Source: Paramecium tetraurelia
Taxonomy: Eukaryota
DNA length: 64,000 nucleotides
Direction of reading: 5' to 3'
Assembly: GCA_000165425.1 (NCBI GenBank)
Contig: CT867986.1
Span: 248,001 to 312,000, forward strand
The notes under the pieces were generated by a model, which ran no database searches, was not told the DNA's origin, and was given only the letters and a program-made list of their open reading frames with translations. Of this stretch, positions 52,378 through 64,000 are shown in pieces (the first letter of the stretch is position 1; every line of letters starts with the position of its first letter). The translations under genes and the position numbers were made by a program.

Positions 52378-54212
52378 ATGTTATATTAACTTCATATTGT
52401 GGACATAGAAGGGTTTGAGAATAAATGGTATTACAAGTTAAGAATTACAAACAATTACAATAGTTGTTATCGTGATGTGCATGTAAGATTTTATGATTTG
52501 AATTACCTGCAAAAGAGTATATCAAATGATAATTATCAATCACATGTAAGAGATTATGCATGACTATTTAAAGTTACCATAATTTCCAGAGAAATCACTA
52601 TTCGTTTCATGGTTTTAGATTAATGAAAGCAGAGAAGAACTATTGGAAAACAAAGAGCCTGTGTAAAAGTATTTATCAGGGATCAACAAGTACAAAAAAT
52701 GTTCTAAATATAAGGAATCCACCTTTTAAATATGATGCAATTTATATATTTGTGTAAAGTACTTATGATCCGAAAAGGACTCGATAACTAAGATTCTTGG
52801 CAATAAATAAAGATGCATTTTATTCAACGAATATAAAAAATTAAGTTATAAAGAAGGGTAAATTCAATAAGGTATTTCTTGTAAAGGGTGTATCATAAGA
52901 CAGAGTTATACATTAGTTTTTGATGCCTTCCAACGATGCAGCTAAAAAAGAATATGAAAATTACAAAAGGGCATAATTATTAATAACTGATTAAAATTAC
53001 ATGGTGAAATGCCATGAGATGGGACAAATAATAAAAAAGAAACCATTATTTTTGCGGAAATAAAAAAAAACTATTTACAATGAATTGGAAATTGGATTAG
53101 ACTCAGCTTATGACATATATTATGCAATTGAAGATTATGCATAGTAACCAATGAATAAGTTAATTTAAGAAAGATAATAGAAATAAGATCATTTTAAATT
53201 AGAAACAATATCAGAGGCTCTAATTACTTTGATACAAGTAGCTTAATATTTGCAATTTTTACAAGTCTTTTAAAAGTAGTTTTCTGTAACCAACCTCTAT
53301 TATGATGAAAAGGTAGGATTTAAAATTGGAGGGTTGTCACCTCTATATATCTACAAAAAGAAATATCGGTTAAAGAATGAAATTAATCCTAACGCATACA
53401 AGGCTTTGAATCCACCAGAATTACGTGGCTCAGCGGGTGGATACAGTATTAAAAATAATTTGAATTCTTATATTAAGACTGACGTTTGGCAAATTGGCAT
53501 TGTGATACTCTCTATGGCATCCCTCACATTGCCGACAGGTTTAACTTAGAGCGAAGAAATAGATAATAAAATAAAATAAGTGCAATCAAAATATGGGTAT
53601 AAAGTATATAAAATTAGGGAAAAATTAGCATTTTTACTTAAGAATATGCTGTAACGAAATCAGAATGATCGGTTTTCAATTGATGATATAATTATACCTG
53701 CTCAACAATTGATGCCCATGAATCAATTATAATTGAAGTCAATCAGATAAATAGAAAGAATTTAAGTATAAACCTATCAATAATTTCTTTAGATTCACTC
53801 CATATCTTAACAGTAATTAGAGGACATGGACAAATAGTTCAAGGAGAAAAGTTCAGAAAAGAAATACATAGTACATTTGACTATTGAGAACCAGATTGTG
53901 CAACAGATGTTTCTATTTAATTTGGAACGAATCAAAAGAGAATTTGTTATACAATTACACATTAATGTATCTCCTTAAACTATACCAGATGATTTAATTC
54001 ACAAGATAATGTAAAGTTTAGCTGACTACTAGCATTTATATTTATTGGTATTCAATCTCAAGAAATGTACTATATCTGATGAAGCCTAAAAGAATATCAT
54101 TATTTCGGCCTAATCAATTTAAAAGCTAAAACAATTGACTCTGGATATCAGTGGAAATTAATCTATTCCTATACCATAATCCAAAATTAAAGTGGTTGTA
54201 TATAACCAATGA
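52378..54212 (+). CDS. PX domain + pseudokinase + short LRR-like C-terminus
   Basis: PX: WYYKLRI...VRFYDL...LPQFPEK. Kinase fold: KKGKFNKVFLV, ALNPPE, KTDVWQIGIVIL, with no HRD or DFG. Tail LKQLTLDISGN. Confidence 0.7.
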
Positions 54213-54291
54213 AAATATAGAGATATATTATATAAAATTAAGATATTAAATTAACTTTTATTCTTATGTAATAAAATACATTTTTATAGAA

Positions 54292-56077
54292 ATGATTTAT
54301 TATGTGATATTCTCTTTACTCCTCAATCTGAGTCTGTAATCAACAAGAATCAGGACCAAAGAATCATACACAACAAATTATGAAATAGAGCAAGACACTA
54401 TCAAGATGGCTCATAAAAAACAAAAAGTATATGTGTTAAAGTAGATATATTAAATAATCAAAGTTTGACAAATGCGTATGATGTTGATGTATTTGGGGAT
54501 TCTGAAGATCCAATATAAACTCCATACCTTTCTTTGGACAATGAAGATGTTGAAATGTTAGAAGTGAAAAATTGTAAATACTGAATTTGAATTCTAGAAT
54601 GTGTAGGTGTTCCCAAACATCCTTAATTAAAAGAGATTTTGCAGTACAAAATTAAAGATGCCACTGAAGATTCTTATTACACAGATATGGTGACTCTATC
54701 AGAGTATTCGAATTTATTTTTAATGACTCAAGAATTACTTCTCATATAAGTAAAGCTACGTTGTAGTGATTCAGGATGGATTGCTTAAGAGTCATAGAGT
54801 GTCTTTGATTTGAAAAAGTAACTTAATTTGACAAACCCAACAATCAAAACTAACGCTTAATTTAGCTGTCCTAAAGTAAGTTATTTTGTATAGGATTTCA
54901 TAGAAACATCTAAATTGCTTGATCGTAACTCCATTTGGAGGATTTTGGGTTTCCAAATTTTCAGATTTTGATTCAAATGATTTGCCAATTGAGCCTTAGC
55001 CTGAATAAAGGATTTTATAAAGAAAGATAGTTCATAAAGTTTCTACATTTGGAGAGTATTTAGCAGTAGCAGTAGGTGCTGATGGAGTAGATCTATACAC
55101 TTATGAATTGGAAAACAAGGACATATATAATCGAAGCATTCTACACTTATTAACAATCTCAAAGTAATAATTCAATGTTACGGTTAACATTATTGGGGTG
55201 AAGGTGTAAAATGACAAACTATTTTGTCTAGATGACACTTAAGGATTATTTGTTTTCAATACTTCAAATATAAGAAAGCCAGTTCTAATAATGGATATAC
55301 CCATACCCAGAACTGTAGCATTTGAAGTATATGAGAATACTGTTCTAGTTGTCGCTTAAACTCCAAGCAATATTGAATACATAATGGAAATATTCATCGA
55401 ACTTAAGAGATCACTCTTATTTTGTGAATAGGGTGTTTAGTTGATGATTTTACATATAGGGATTTGTAGATCAATCCAAATTATGCATTTTTGATAGGAG
55501 AAGAAGCTCATTTGATAATTAAGCATTCAATTTTCAATGGATTTGTAAAATACAATAAGGAATTGGTGAAGACTTTCTTTGAAAATTAATTAGTGCGCTT
55601 TGAATTATACAGTAAATCAAGTGAACCTGCAGAGTAAAGATTCAAGGAAACTTTCTATTATGTAGGATTATCTCGTTAAGCCATCCATGTGTGGAAATTC
55701 ATGGATTACCATGCCTTTTTGCTTTGTAGTTTCGATGAGAGATCAGAACATGAAATAGTTGTTAAATTAAATTCTACGTCTTGTGATGAAAATATAAAAA
55801 GGGAGAGTCTATATCAATAATGTTAAGCAGAATAAAAAATTAATGTTTTGGTTTCAGGACCACTTTTCTATTCGGATACCTTCACAATTTTGGTCTTTAT
55901 TCTCATTTTTTTGGGCGTAACTATAAAAGTTAAAATTAGATTGTACTTTGCATAATTTGTATATGTGTCTGTGTTCGATGGAAAAGATTGCTGAGGGAAT
56001 TGGAGGAGAACAGATACTAAATAAAAGAAATGAAGAAGTATGGTCATTTGCCAGAATAGGAATAATATTCAATATGA
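54292..56077 (+). CDS. Single-pass membrane protein with LVIVD-like beta repeats, paralog A (two apparent frameshifts)
   Basis: Signal peptide; YLAVAVGADGVDLY and LFCLDDTQGLFVF repeats; C-terminal TM; homologous to the next gene. Confidence 0.65.
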
Positions 56078-56297
56078 TATTCTCTAAATTTATTAATTTT
56101 TATTTATAGTTGAGTCTTTGATTTTGGAACTATTTCTAGTTTAGTTTAGTTTAAAGCTTATTAAATTATTATTAATTACTTAATTTACTAAAATAACAGC
56201 ATAATAAGAGTAGCCACTGTGAGGGAGTGATAAAGCAAAATAAGGAGTTGATTAATTGAAATGGTTTGAATATTTCTGATTATATAATTAAATATTA

Positions 56298-58075
56298 ATG
56301 TATATAATTTAAATAGGCTTAATTGCCTCATTTCTCATTGGAAATAGCTTATAAACGAATCGTATTCGTAGTCATCCTAATTACACGTATTCAGTTAATG
56401 AAGAACTATTGTCATTTAAATTTGCAACATCAGAGGCTCACGTTAAATTGTTAAGGTTCAAAATGTACTCATTTCTATATTAGTAACCCTACTATTTATG
56501 ATATCGATGTATTTAGAAATGATGGAGATACTCTTGGCGAGCAGATAGAAACCCCATTCCTTAGTTTGGATAATTAGTATCTCGATGAACAATAATTAGA
56601 TAATGGTAGGATATGGGCAGCTATCATTAGATTGTGTCGGATTACCCAAACATCCCAAATTGAATGAAATACTCAGTGTCAACTTATTGGATAACACCTT
56701 AGACATCTATTACACAGACATATTGTCGTTGCCTTAGGTGGAAAAGTAAGTTATTCCTCATCCATTTAGGATATTTCTGCTGACTGACGAATTAGAATTA
56801 CGACAAGCGATCTTGAAATACAATTAGACTCAATAGCCACAATGGAAAGTTGAAGTAAAGAATACTTCCTTTTCTCTTAAAACCCAGTATTAACAACAAA
56901 TCAACTATACAAATGCTTATTTTGCCTGTTTTAATAATAACCAAGATCAATGTCTAATTTTATCGAACTACGGAGGAATCTGGCTAGACAAGAATTCAGA
57001 AATAGAGTAGCCCATCCTTACAGCTGAGCCAGTCGTCAAAGAATCTAAAGATTTGAATAAGGTAAGTGTTTTTGAACAATATCTTGCTTTGGCCAATGGA
57101 AATGCAGGAGCAGATTTGTATCGTTACTAAGATAATAAACTCCAATATCTTTTAAGAATTAGTTCTAAAGATTTGAATCAAACTTCCATCAATATCATTT
57201 CTCTAAAGTTAACTAAGAATAGATTGAGTATTTTAGATGAACACACTGGTCTCTACATCTTCGATATAATTGATTCCTAAGTGTCATTATTGCTCAGTCT
57301 CCCTTATTAAAGATGTGTAGCATTCGATCACAGCGATAATACCTATTTGTTAGTTGCTGAAACTCCCAATAATATAGAATACATGATGGAGATTTTCATA
57401 TTGCCACTCACCAAAGAATACTACATAAATAGAATATATGTTGATGACTTCTCATTTAGAGATATCTAAATTGATGATGACTATGCTATCATTATTGGAG
57501 AGGATGTACACTTAGTTATTAGACATTCAATATTCAATGGCTTTATGAAAAATAATACTGATCTTGTTAAGACCTTCTTTGAAGATGAACTTATTCGTTT
57601 TGAATACTTAGAATTGAATCAGACCATCCAAACTTAATATGTTGAAACATCTTATTATATTGGACTATCGAAGGGATCATTACACATCTGGAGATTCAAC
57701 GATTTTAATCCAGTAGTTATTTGCAGATTCTAATATGGCACCACTCAAAACTACACTATTAGAGCCAACTCTTCAAAATGCGAGAATCACACTAACTAAG
57801 ATTTGTTTGAATAGTGTCAAATTACTCAATAAATAGTCATCCAAGCATCAGGACCCCTATTGGAATCAGATTCAAATTATCTAATAATTGGAGTATGCGT
57901 TTCTGCTGCTGTATTATTATTTTACATATGATAGATTATTATTTTGGTCATTCTAGGTTTATTGTGCAGAAAAGGAAGAGCGTTGGCCAAGAAGATATAG
58001 GAGTTAAAGAAATAGGCAGAAGAGTTAAAAAAGTATGGGGCATTGGAAGCAGAATAACAATCGATGGGTCATTGA
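56298..58075 (+). CDS. Single-pass membrane protein with LVIVD-like beta repeats, paralog B
   Basis: MYIIQIGLIASFLIGNSL signal; YLALANGNAGADLY and LSILDEHTGLYIF; AETPNNIEYMMEIF; C-terminal TM. Confidence 0.75.
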
Positions 58076-58151
58076 ATATCATCAAGTACAAAATTTATTA
58101 ATTTTATTTCTACTTAAAAAATATTATAAAATATTTTATTCAATTATTAAT

Positions 58152-58698
58152 ATGTAAACTCATCAGTTACCTTCTTGCGTTAGTCCTAGAAATTTCACTA
58201 ATTACATCTCTAATGGAACGGGTTTCATTATACAATAGATATTTCTTAGGCAGGGACTACTATGTTGTTTATTATAATGGAGGTTTGGCTAAAAACACTC
58301 AAGTTCATGAGGAAGGATGCTATGATAGAAGGAGATTTCTGAGTGGGGAATAACAGAGTAAAGGGTTGCCATAGCTGTCTCCAAAATTCTAGCATTATTA
58401 AGGAGATGGAACTGGAAGGGATTTTTACATTAAGTACTTGTTTTTAAGAAGTCAAGATTCAATGAAGGAGGGTAGTTTTCAAGATTGAAGAAACACAATC
58501 ATTTGGCAAATTTGAGATCTTATGATAAAATTCCATAGGAGTTTAGATCGAATGATTTTCTAAGGGCACCTTAAATCTCTGTCAAAGAGAAAATCAAAAT
58601 GAGATAGTTATCATAGTAGATTGACATTTATATTTAAAAATAGGAAACAGAAAGAGGTCTTAGAGAGACTGTGTTCGCCGAAGAATAAAGCAAATTGA
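58152..58698 (+). CDS. Small protein with two (D/N)GTGRDxY repeats
   Basis: YISNGTGRDYYVVYYNGGL (spliced) and YQGDGTGRDFYI; ends ERLCSPKNKAN*. Confidence 0.75.
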
Positions 58699-58928
58699 TT
58701 ACTTTACAACACAATTATCCACTCTTCATAAAATCTATATTCAAAATATTAATATATTATACTAAAGTAAATGAATTCACTTTTAATACAAATTTCATTA
58801 TCTCTTTAAATATATCGATTTTAAGCTATCAATAAATAAGTTATTTTATTTAATATGATTTAATCATCAAACTGATTACTTAATCTTTTTCATTAGCTTA
58901 TAATTATATTTTTAATAAATATTGTCCT

Positions 58929-59791
58929 ATGGGAGAAGTAGGAATCAACATTCCTTTAGGATAGCCATTAAACACCGAAAAAAAACTGATAGAAATCTAA
59001 AAAGAATTAAAAGATCACATCAATTATGTGAACGATTGCTTTGATAAAGAATTGTTAACTATAGGAAGTTCGAAGAATTAAAATGGAAGAAGAATTAAAT
59101 TATCGCAATATAAGGTAGATCCAACCATTTTTGGTTTTTCCTTAAATGCTTTCGAAGTACGCAAACAGGTGAATTTCTTATGTTAGTAATTTTACTAAAT
59201 TTGTATATCAGACCCTATATATTAAAATAATAGTAAATATAAAATGTATGAAAGAAAATTGCTCATAGAAAGAGATTGATCAATCAATAATAATGAAAAG
59301 AATCAAACCATTGACTCTTTAATTCGGTTGGAGAGAAATTCTCATATAGATTTTTTTAGGAATTGCATGTATTGGTTTGGTTGTTTGGGATGCAGTTCAA
59401 TTACAATTTAACGTATACCCTGAGATATGTGGATCGAGCATTCATTATTTGCTCTACCTGAGAATAGGCTTATTTGTCCTCCTCTTCCTTTCCTAACTGA
59501 TGTATTTCAATTATTAAACTAGTTATGTGAGAAAAGCCTTGAAAGTACAATTTTATATATCTTATTTCTTGAGTTTGATAATTACAATTTTAACCATCCT
59601 GTGTCTTTATGGATACAATCTTCTAAGCGAGAAATATGATCAAATTATATTGTAGATGTCATAATGTGGAGTTATTTTTATAGGATGCTTTCTCATTTGC
59701 ATTCATTTATATAAATTAGAAATCAATTTATAGAGAATAAGAGTATTGTTGGGAGCATAATATTAATCGCCTCTGTGTTTTTTTTGATTGA
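58929..59791 (+). CDS. Hypothetical multi-pass membrane protein
   Basis: MGEVGINIP start; one 22-nt intron; hydrophobic segments IFLGIACIGLVVW, IGLFVLLFL and FLSLIITILTILCL. Confidence 0.6.
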
Positions 59792-60180
59792 AACTAATTA
59801 ATTAAATATTATATACCATCTCTACATTTCATTATCCAAAAATATTCTATCACCTGATCTGTGTCATCACTTAATTCCATCCAAATCTAAATTGTATTTT
59901 AATACATCAACCGCAGTAGTTTAGAATTCTTTATCAATCAAAAATGAAATTAGAATATCAGATATTTAGCTGACTATTTTCATATTAATGATTCATTTAA
60001 TCTTGAACCTATAGGGATCAATTAAATTAAACTCCTTTTTATTTTTAAAACCCCTTACTCACCAACTTAATAAAATATTCTACTTCAGAATTTGCTTTAA
60101 TCACTTCTCATTTATAATTAAATATATTAATTTTTGTAAATTAGCTTAATATTATATCTCAAACATACTATAAACCGCAA

Positions 60181-61180
60181 TCAATACTTTGTTGTTTAAT
60201 TAGCAGAATTCCATATCAAATAGAATATCAACATACTTCTTGTGCTATATCTAAAGACTTCTGTTCCTAATCCACAATACAAAGTAGAAAACTTCGATAT
60301 GTCCTTTGGATATTTCAAAACAATGATACTTATTTTAACATCTCCTGAGGTGTCAATAGTTTCATATTTTATAATTTTCTCATCATGTATCTCTTTTACA
60401 AGAAGTTCAAAGGATGGAACACTATTGGCACTAATAAACTAGTTCCTAATGCTCCAATAAAATGATTATTTTTTTATTAGCTATCTCTGAGCATGCTTTT
60501 ATTCATGAATAAGTATCCTTATTGATATAGGAACTCTTAGAATATTGTGATTTCAGCAACAAATTAGCAATAGAGTAACAGAACTTTACTTTTGAATCCA
60601 GGAGTAAAGGCAATTTTGAATTTTTTGTTATGATAATCCATAATTTCTTCTAGATGCTTCATATTATCCCAGTATTTCTTAGGTGGTAATCCTAATTGTT
60701 CACATTATAATTTGAGATTAACTACATTGCTAGGTTGTGAAAATACTGTTGATAATATTGCCGATCCAAATGCTATCCCATGAAATTTTGCATTTTCGCA
60801 ATATTTTAAATATGGCTAATCATTTACTTCTATTCTTGTTCTACTATTGAATTCCAATCCATATCTTAAAAAGAAGTATTAGAAACAAAAATAAAATGAT
60901 AGATTCTAAATTATTGATCTATCAAATGATGTCCGAAATCCTTTATACAATCCTTTAAAGGATTCAGCTAACTTAATTTGTTTTAATTATTCAGAAAATG
61001 ATTAGTTTAAATATGGACTTTTTGCAATCATCCTAGATACAATTCTGTCTAATGGATATGAAATAATCTAATATTGTCTCAAAGTTCATTATGTACCTCA
61101 TGAATAGTAATTCCTAAACCTATTAGAAAAAGAGGCTTAACAAAATGAGTGTCTTGAGGATATTGAATTATATTTATCAT
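60181..61180 (-). CDS. Divergent mitochondrial carrier (SLC25) protein
   Basis: SYPLDRIVSRM...KGLYKG; SQPSNVVQSQ; FHPLNFLQKR...LYCGLG, giving a threefold carrier repeat. Confidence 0.7.
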
Positions 61181-61378
61181 AATTATAATTAAAAATATAG
61201 AAATTATCAATCTTTAATATTTTTAAGGTTAATCCTTTAAGACTTATGCCAGAATATATTCTAATTACAAATATGAATAAAAAATAAATTCCTTTTCTTA
61301 TCAATTTATTTGCATTAAATAGTGTCATTAATTTTTATTGTTTTAACTTTTAAATACATCTTAAAATATTTTCTGGCA

Positions 61379-63046
61379 ATGTAAATTGAAGCCCAAATTT
61401 TGTATCAATTCGAGTGTTTTCGAAAAGGAAAGAATGAAAACAAAAAGTATATTGGAGTGCTCAAGTCTGATAGATTAGATTTGTACAAGGTAAAATTATT
61501 TAACTGATTTTTTCATTTTAGGAAAATTCGCAAGTATCTAAGTATTCCCTACCAATCCAGCTATAGACACACATTAAATGGGAAGTTGAGGAAGATAATT
61601 TGAATGGGAAAAAGCATTATAAAATAGTGTCATTCAAATTTCAATAAGTGAGTATAATCATATTTTACTTATAGGTTAAATAAATTAAAGAAAATCATGT
61701 GGCCAAAATTTCTACATTTTATAGTGACGAGAAGACCCTTACCATTCTAAAAGAGCATCTGAGAAATAAAATCATATTTTAAAGGATTTAAGACTTTTAT
61801 ACCCCTCTCTAAACTTTGGGAAAAGGTGCATCCTCAAGGGTTCTCCTTGTCAGACACAAAAACACCGAATTATATTATGCAGCTAAATGTGTAGACAAAT
61901 CCTATGTTAATGAAACAGAAAATGGAATTGTACATTATTTTTTTAATCGCAGGAATCCATGTTTCAAGAAATTTCTATCAATAATGCCCTTGATCATCCT
62001 TCATTTATTAAGTTACATGCTGTCTATGAGGGGGATAACACATTTTATATGGTAATGGACCTATTAGAAGGAAGAAGTTTGCATGATGAAATAAACAATT
62101 CATAAAAATGGATTCCCAGAAGATATTGTTAGGAATGTAATGTGGGTATTCATAATCAATAATGTCTAAGCAAATTCTCACTGGTATTGAGTACATGCAT
62201 GATAAATAAATTATGCATCGAGATATAAAACCTGAAAATATCATGCTCTTAAAAAAAGGAGATTTGAATTCTTTAAAAATTGTTGATTTCGGATTGGCCA
62301 CATATTGCAATATTGATAAGTTTGAATTATAATCATTTTAGATATTTATTTCCTAAATGTGGAACACCAGGCTATGTTGCTCCTGAGATTGCTAATTTAG
62401 TAGATAAAACAATTAAATATGATAAAGTTTGTGATGTTTTCAGCGCAGGAGTAATCTTCTTTAAATTGTATTTTTCATTTTAATTTAAGATTAACAGGAA
62501 AAGATCTTTTTCCAGGAGTTGGATTTAATTTAGTTTTAAAACTAAATAAATAATGCAAAATTGATTTGACCCCTTTACAAATGAAAAAAATAGATCCCTC
62601 CATCATTGTAATCTATCATTATTCATTTACATTAGTCTATAGTTTAGAAAATGCTAGAGAAGGAACCAAATCAAAGGATTGGAGCAGCCCAATGTCTATA
62701 GGACCAATTTTTTGCTTCGTGTTACTAAGCATAAGGGTTATAAGGACCTTCTAAATTAACTGCTAATTAAAAAAAATAAATGTTCTCTTCAAGTGGCAAA
62801 GCTCTGACTACTGAATTTCCAAATGATAAAATTAAGGGTAGTCCCCAGGACAAACTTGAAAATTAAGGATCTTTTGTTACATAAGATAATGCTTTTCGAC
62901 CCATACAATCTAATTAATAAAAGATAATGTAAAAATTCAATACTACAGAATTTGAACATACTGAAAATGCTTAAAGCCCATAAATGGAAAAGGTTATTAA
63001 ATAATTTCAAAATGGTGATACCATCTAAGAAGAAGATGAAAAATGA
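61379..63046 (+). CDS. PH-like domain + CAMK-group Ser/Thr kinase
   Basis: [39 protein letters not shown] and CDVFSAG; many tiny introns. Confidence 0.9.
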
Positions 63047-63257
63047 ATAAAATATCATTCAATATTTGTTATTAAAATAATCATTGATATATTCAGTATT
63101 TTTCATTTTACTATCCCTTTAATCTTAGACCTAATAAATAGGAATATGAACGTAATGGAGTAGGAACACATTAATAGAACGACTTTTATTGTAGTGATTA
63201 AGAGATTCAGTAAAAAAAAATAGATTTTAGATAATTATATGTAAGAATGAAATAAAA

Positions 63258-63485
63258 TCAAGGGTTTTGATTCGAAGTTTTAGAATTAAGGGTTTATTGG
63301 AGTGATGATTAAACTGAAATAGAATGCAATCTTCTAGCTAAAATTGGATTCTTAAAAGGATTAAGGTTTTAGTTGTGATCTTTAATTTCTTCTAAAATTT
63401 GTTCTGGTTTCGGATTGTCTTTTACTTTTTCATAAATATGGGGTAACTCTCCCCTTATAGGTTTCTTGGAATTACAGACTCCCAT
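63258..63485 (-). CDS. 75-aa N-acylated small protein
   Basis: Intronless MGVCNSKK...FKNPILARRLHS...*. Confidence 0.7.
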
Positions 63486-63560
63486 TGTGTTATTTTAAAA
63501 TCAATATTTAATAATTTTTTTATTGATAAATCTCTAAATTATATGTTATATATATATAAA

Positions 63561-64000
63561 TCATTTTCTTGACTAATTTTAAAGATCAAATTAAATGGTT
63601 TGTTTATTCTTTTTAAAGGTCTCTGATGCTGCTGCTTCTTCATTTGACTTTAGTTTTTCCTTAAATTATTGAATACTGTTCATTTTAGTTTGAATCAAAC
63701 CATTAACTTCCTTCAAAAATTTAGTATTTTCATCATTATTAATCTAATTATCTAATAAATAAAAATAATTTATACCTTTTATAGTAACCTAATGAAGAGA
63801 CATAACTTCCATAGATAAATTACTTATAGTTTTTAATAGATTTCTACTCAAATTGTAAGAGAACTCAGCTTTAGCATTTTTCTTAATTTAGATTTATTCC
63901 TCTGTTTCAGCTATTTTTGCTTTCAAAATTTTAACAATATCAATAAATTCTAAGTTATATGATATTCCTTACATGATTAAATGTTCTTAATCTCTTTAGC
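63561..64000 (-). CDS. Coiled-coil protein, 3' part only
   Basis: E/K-rich frame with an intron, ending LQNQSRK* at 63561. Confidence 0.6.

Noticed and set aside
56225..56280. Possible box C/D snoRNA (GTGATAA...CTGA)
   Set aside because: Box C is imperfect, there is no terminal stem, and I could not recognise an rRNA-complementary guide.
1..64000. CRISPR arrays, prokaryotic defence systems, telomeric repeats, rRNA/tRNA genes
   Set aside because: This is eukaryotic intron-containing DNA, and none of the characteristic repeats or motifs were seen by eye.

Overview
This is AT-rich, gene-dense eukaryotic DNA with the hallmarks of a Paramecium-type ciliate macronuclear chromosome. TAA/TAG read as Gln, TGA is the only stop, introns are tiny (about 20-30 nt, GT..AG), and genes are often only 15-100 bp apart. 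The supplied ORF track uses the standard code, so it fragments or misreads almost every gene. Re-translating by eye with the ciliate code gives roughly 38 genes. These include calcyphosin-like and NCS-like EF-hand proteins, SF-assemblin, PP2C, DRC2/CCDC65, an AMPK/SNF1-type kinase, condensin CAP-D2, two PH-like+CAMK kinases, a CDPK, CDC50, a DHHC palmitoyltransferase, an acid sphingomyelinase-like enzyme, a cyclin, METTL6, two RING proteins, a trichocyst-matrix-like protein, PX-WD40 and PX-pseudokinase proteins, two tandem LVIVD-like membrane proteins and a divergent mitochondrial carrier. Items most worth follow-up: a CudA-like candidate transcription factor with a (GPM)n/polyQ N-terminus, a start-less CENP-B/Tc5-type HTH gene, the condensin D2 paralog's possible developmental role, and several single-base frameshifts (assembly error versus pseudogenisation). 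No rRNA, tRNA, CRISPR array, telomeric repeat or intact transposon was seen. All family calls are from manual motif recognition, not database searches, and coordinates span introns.
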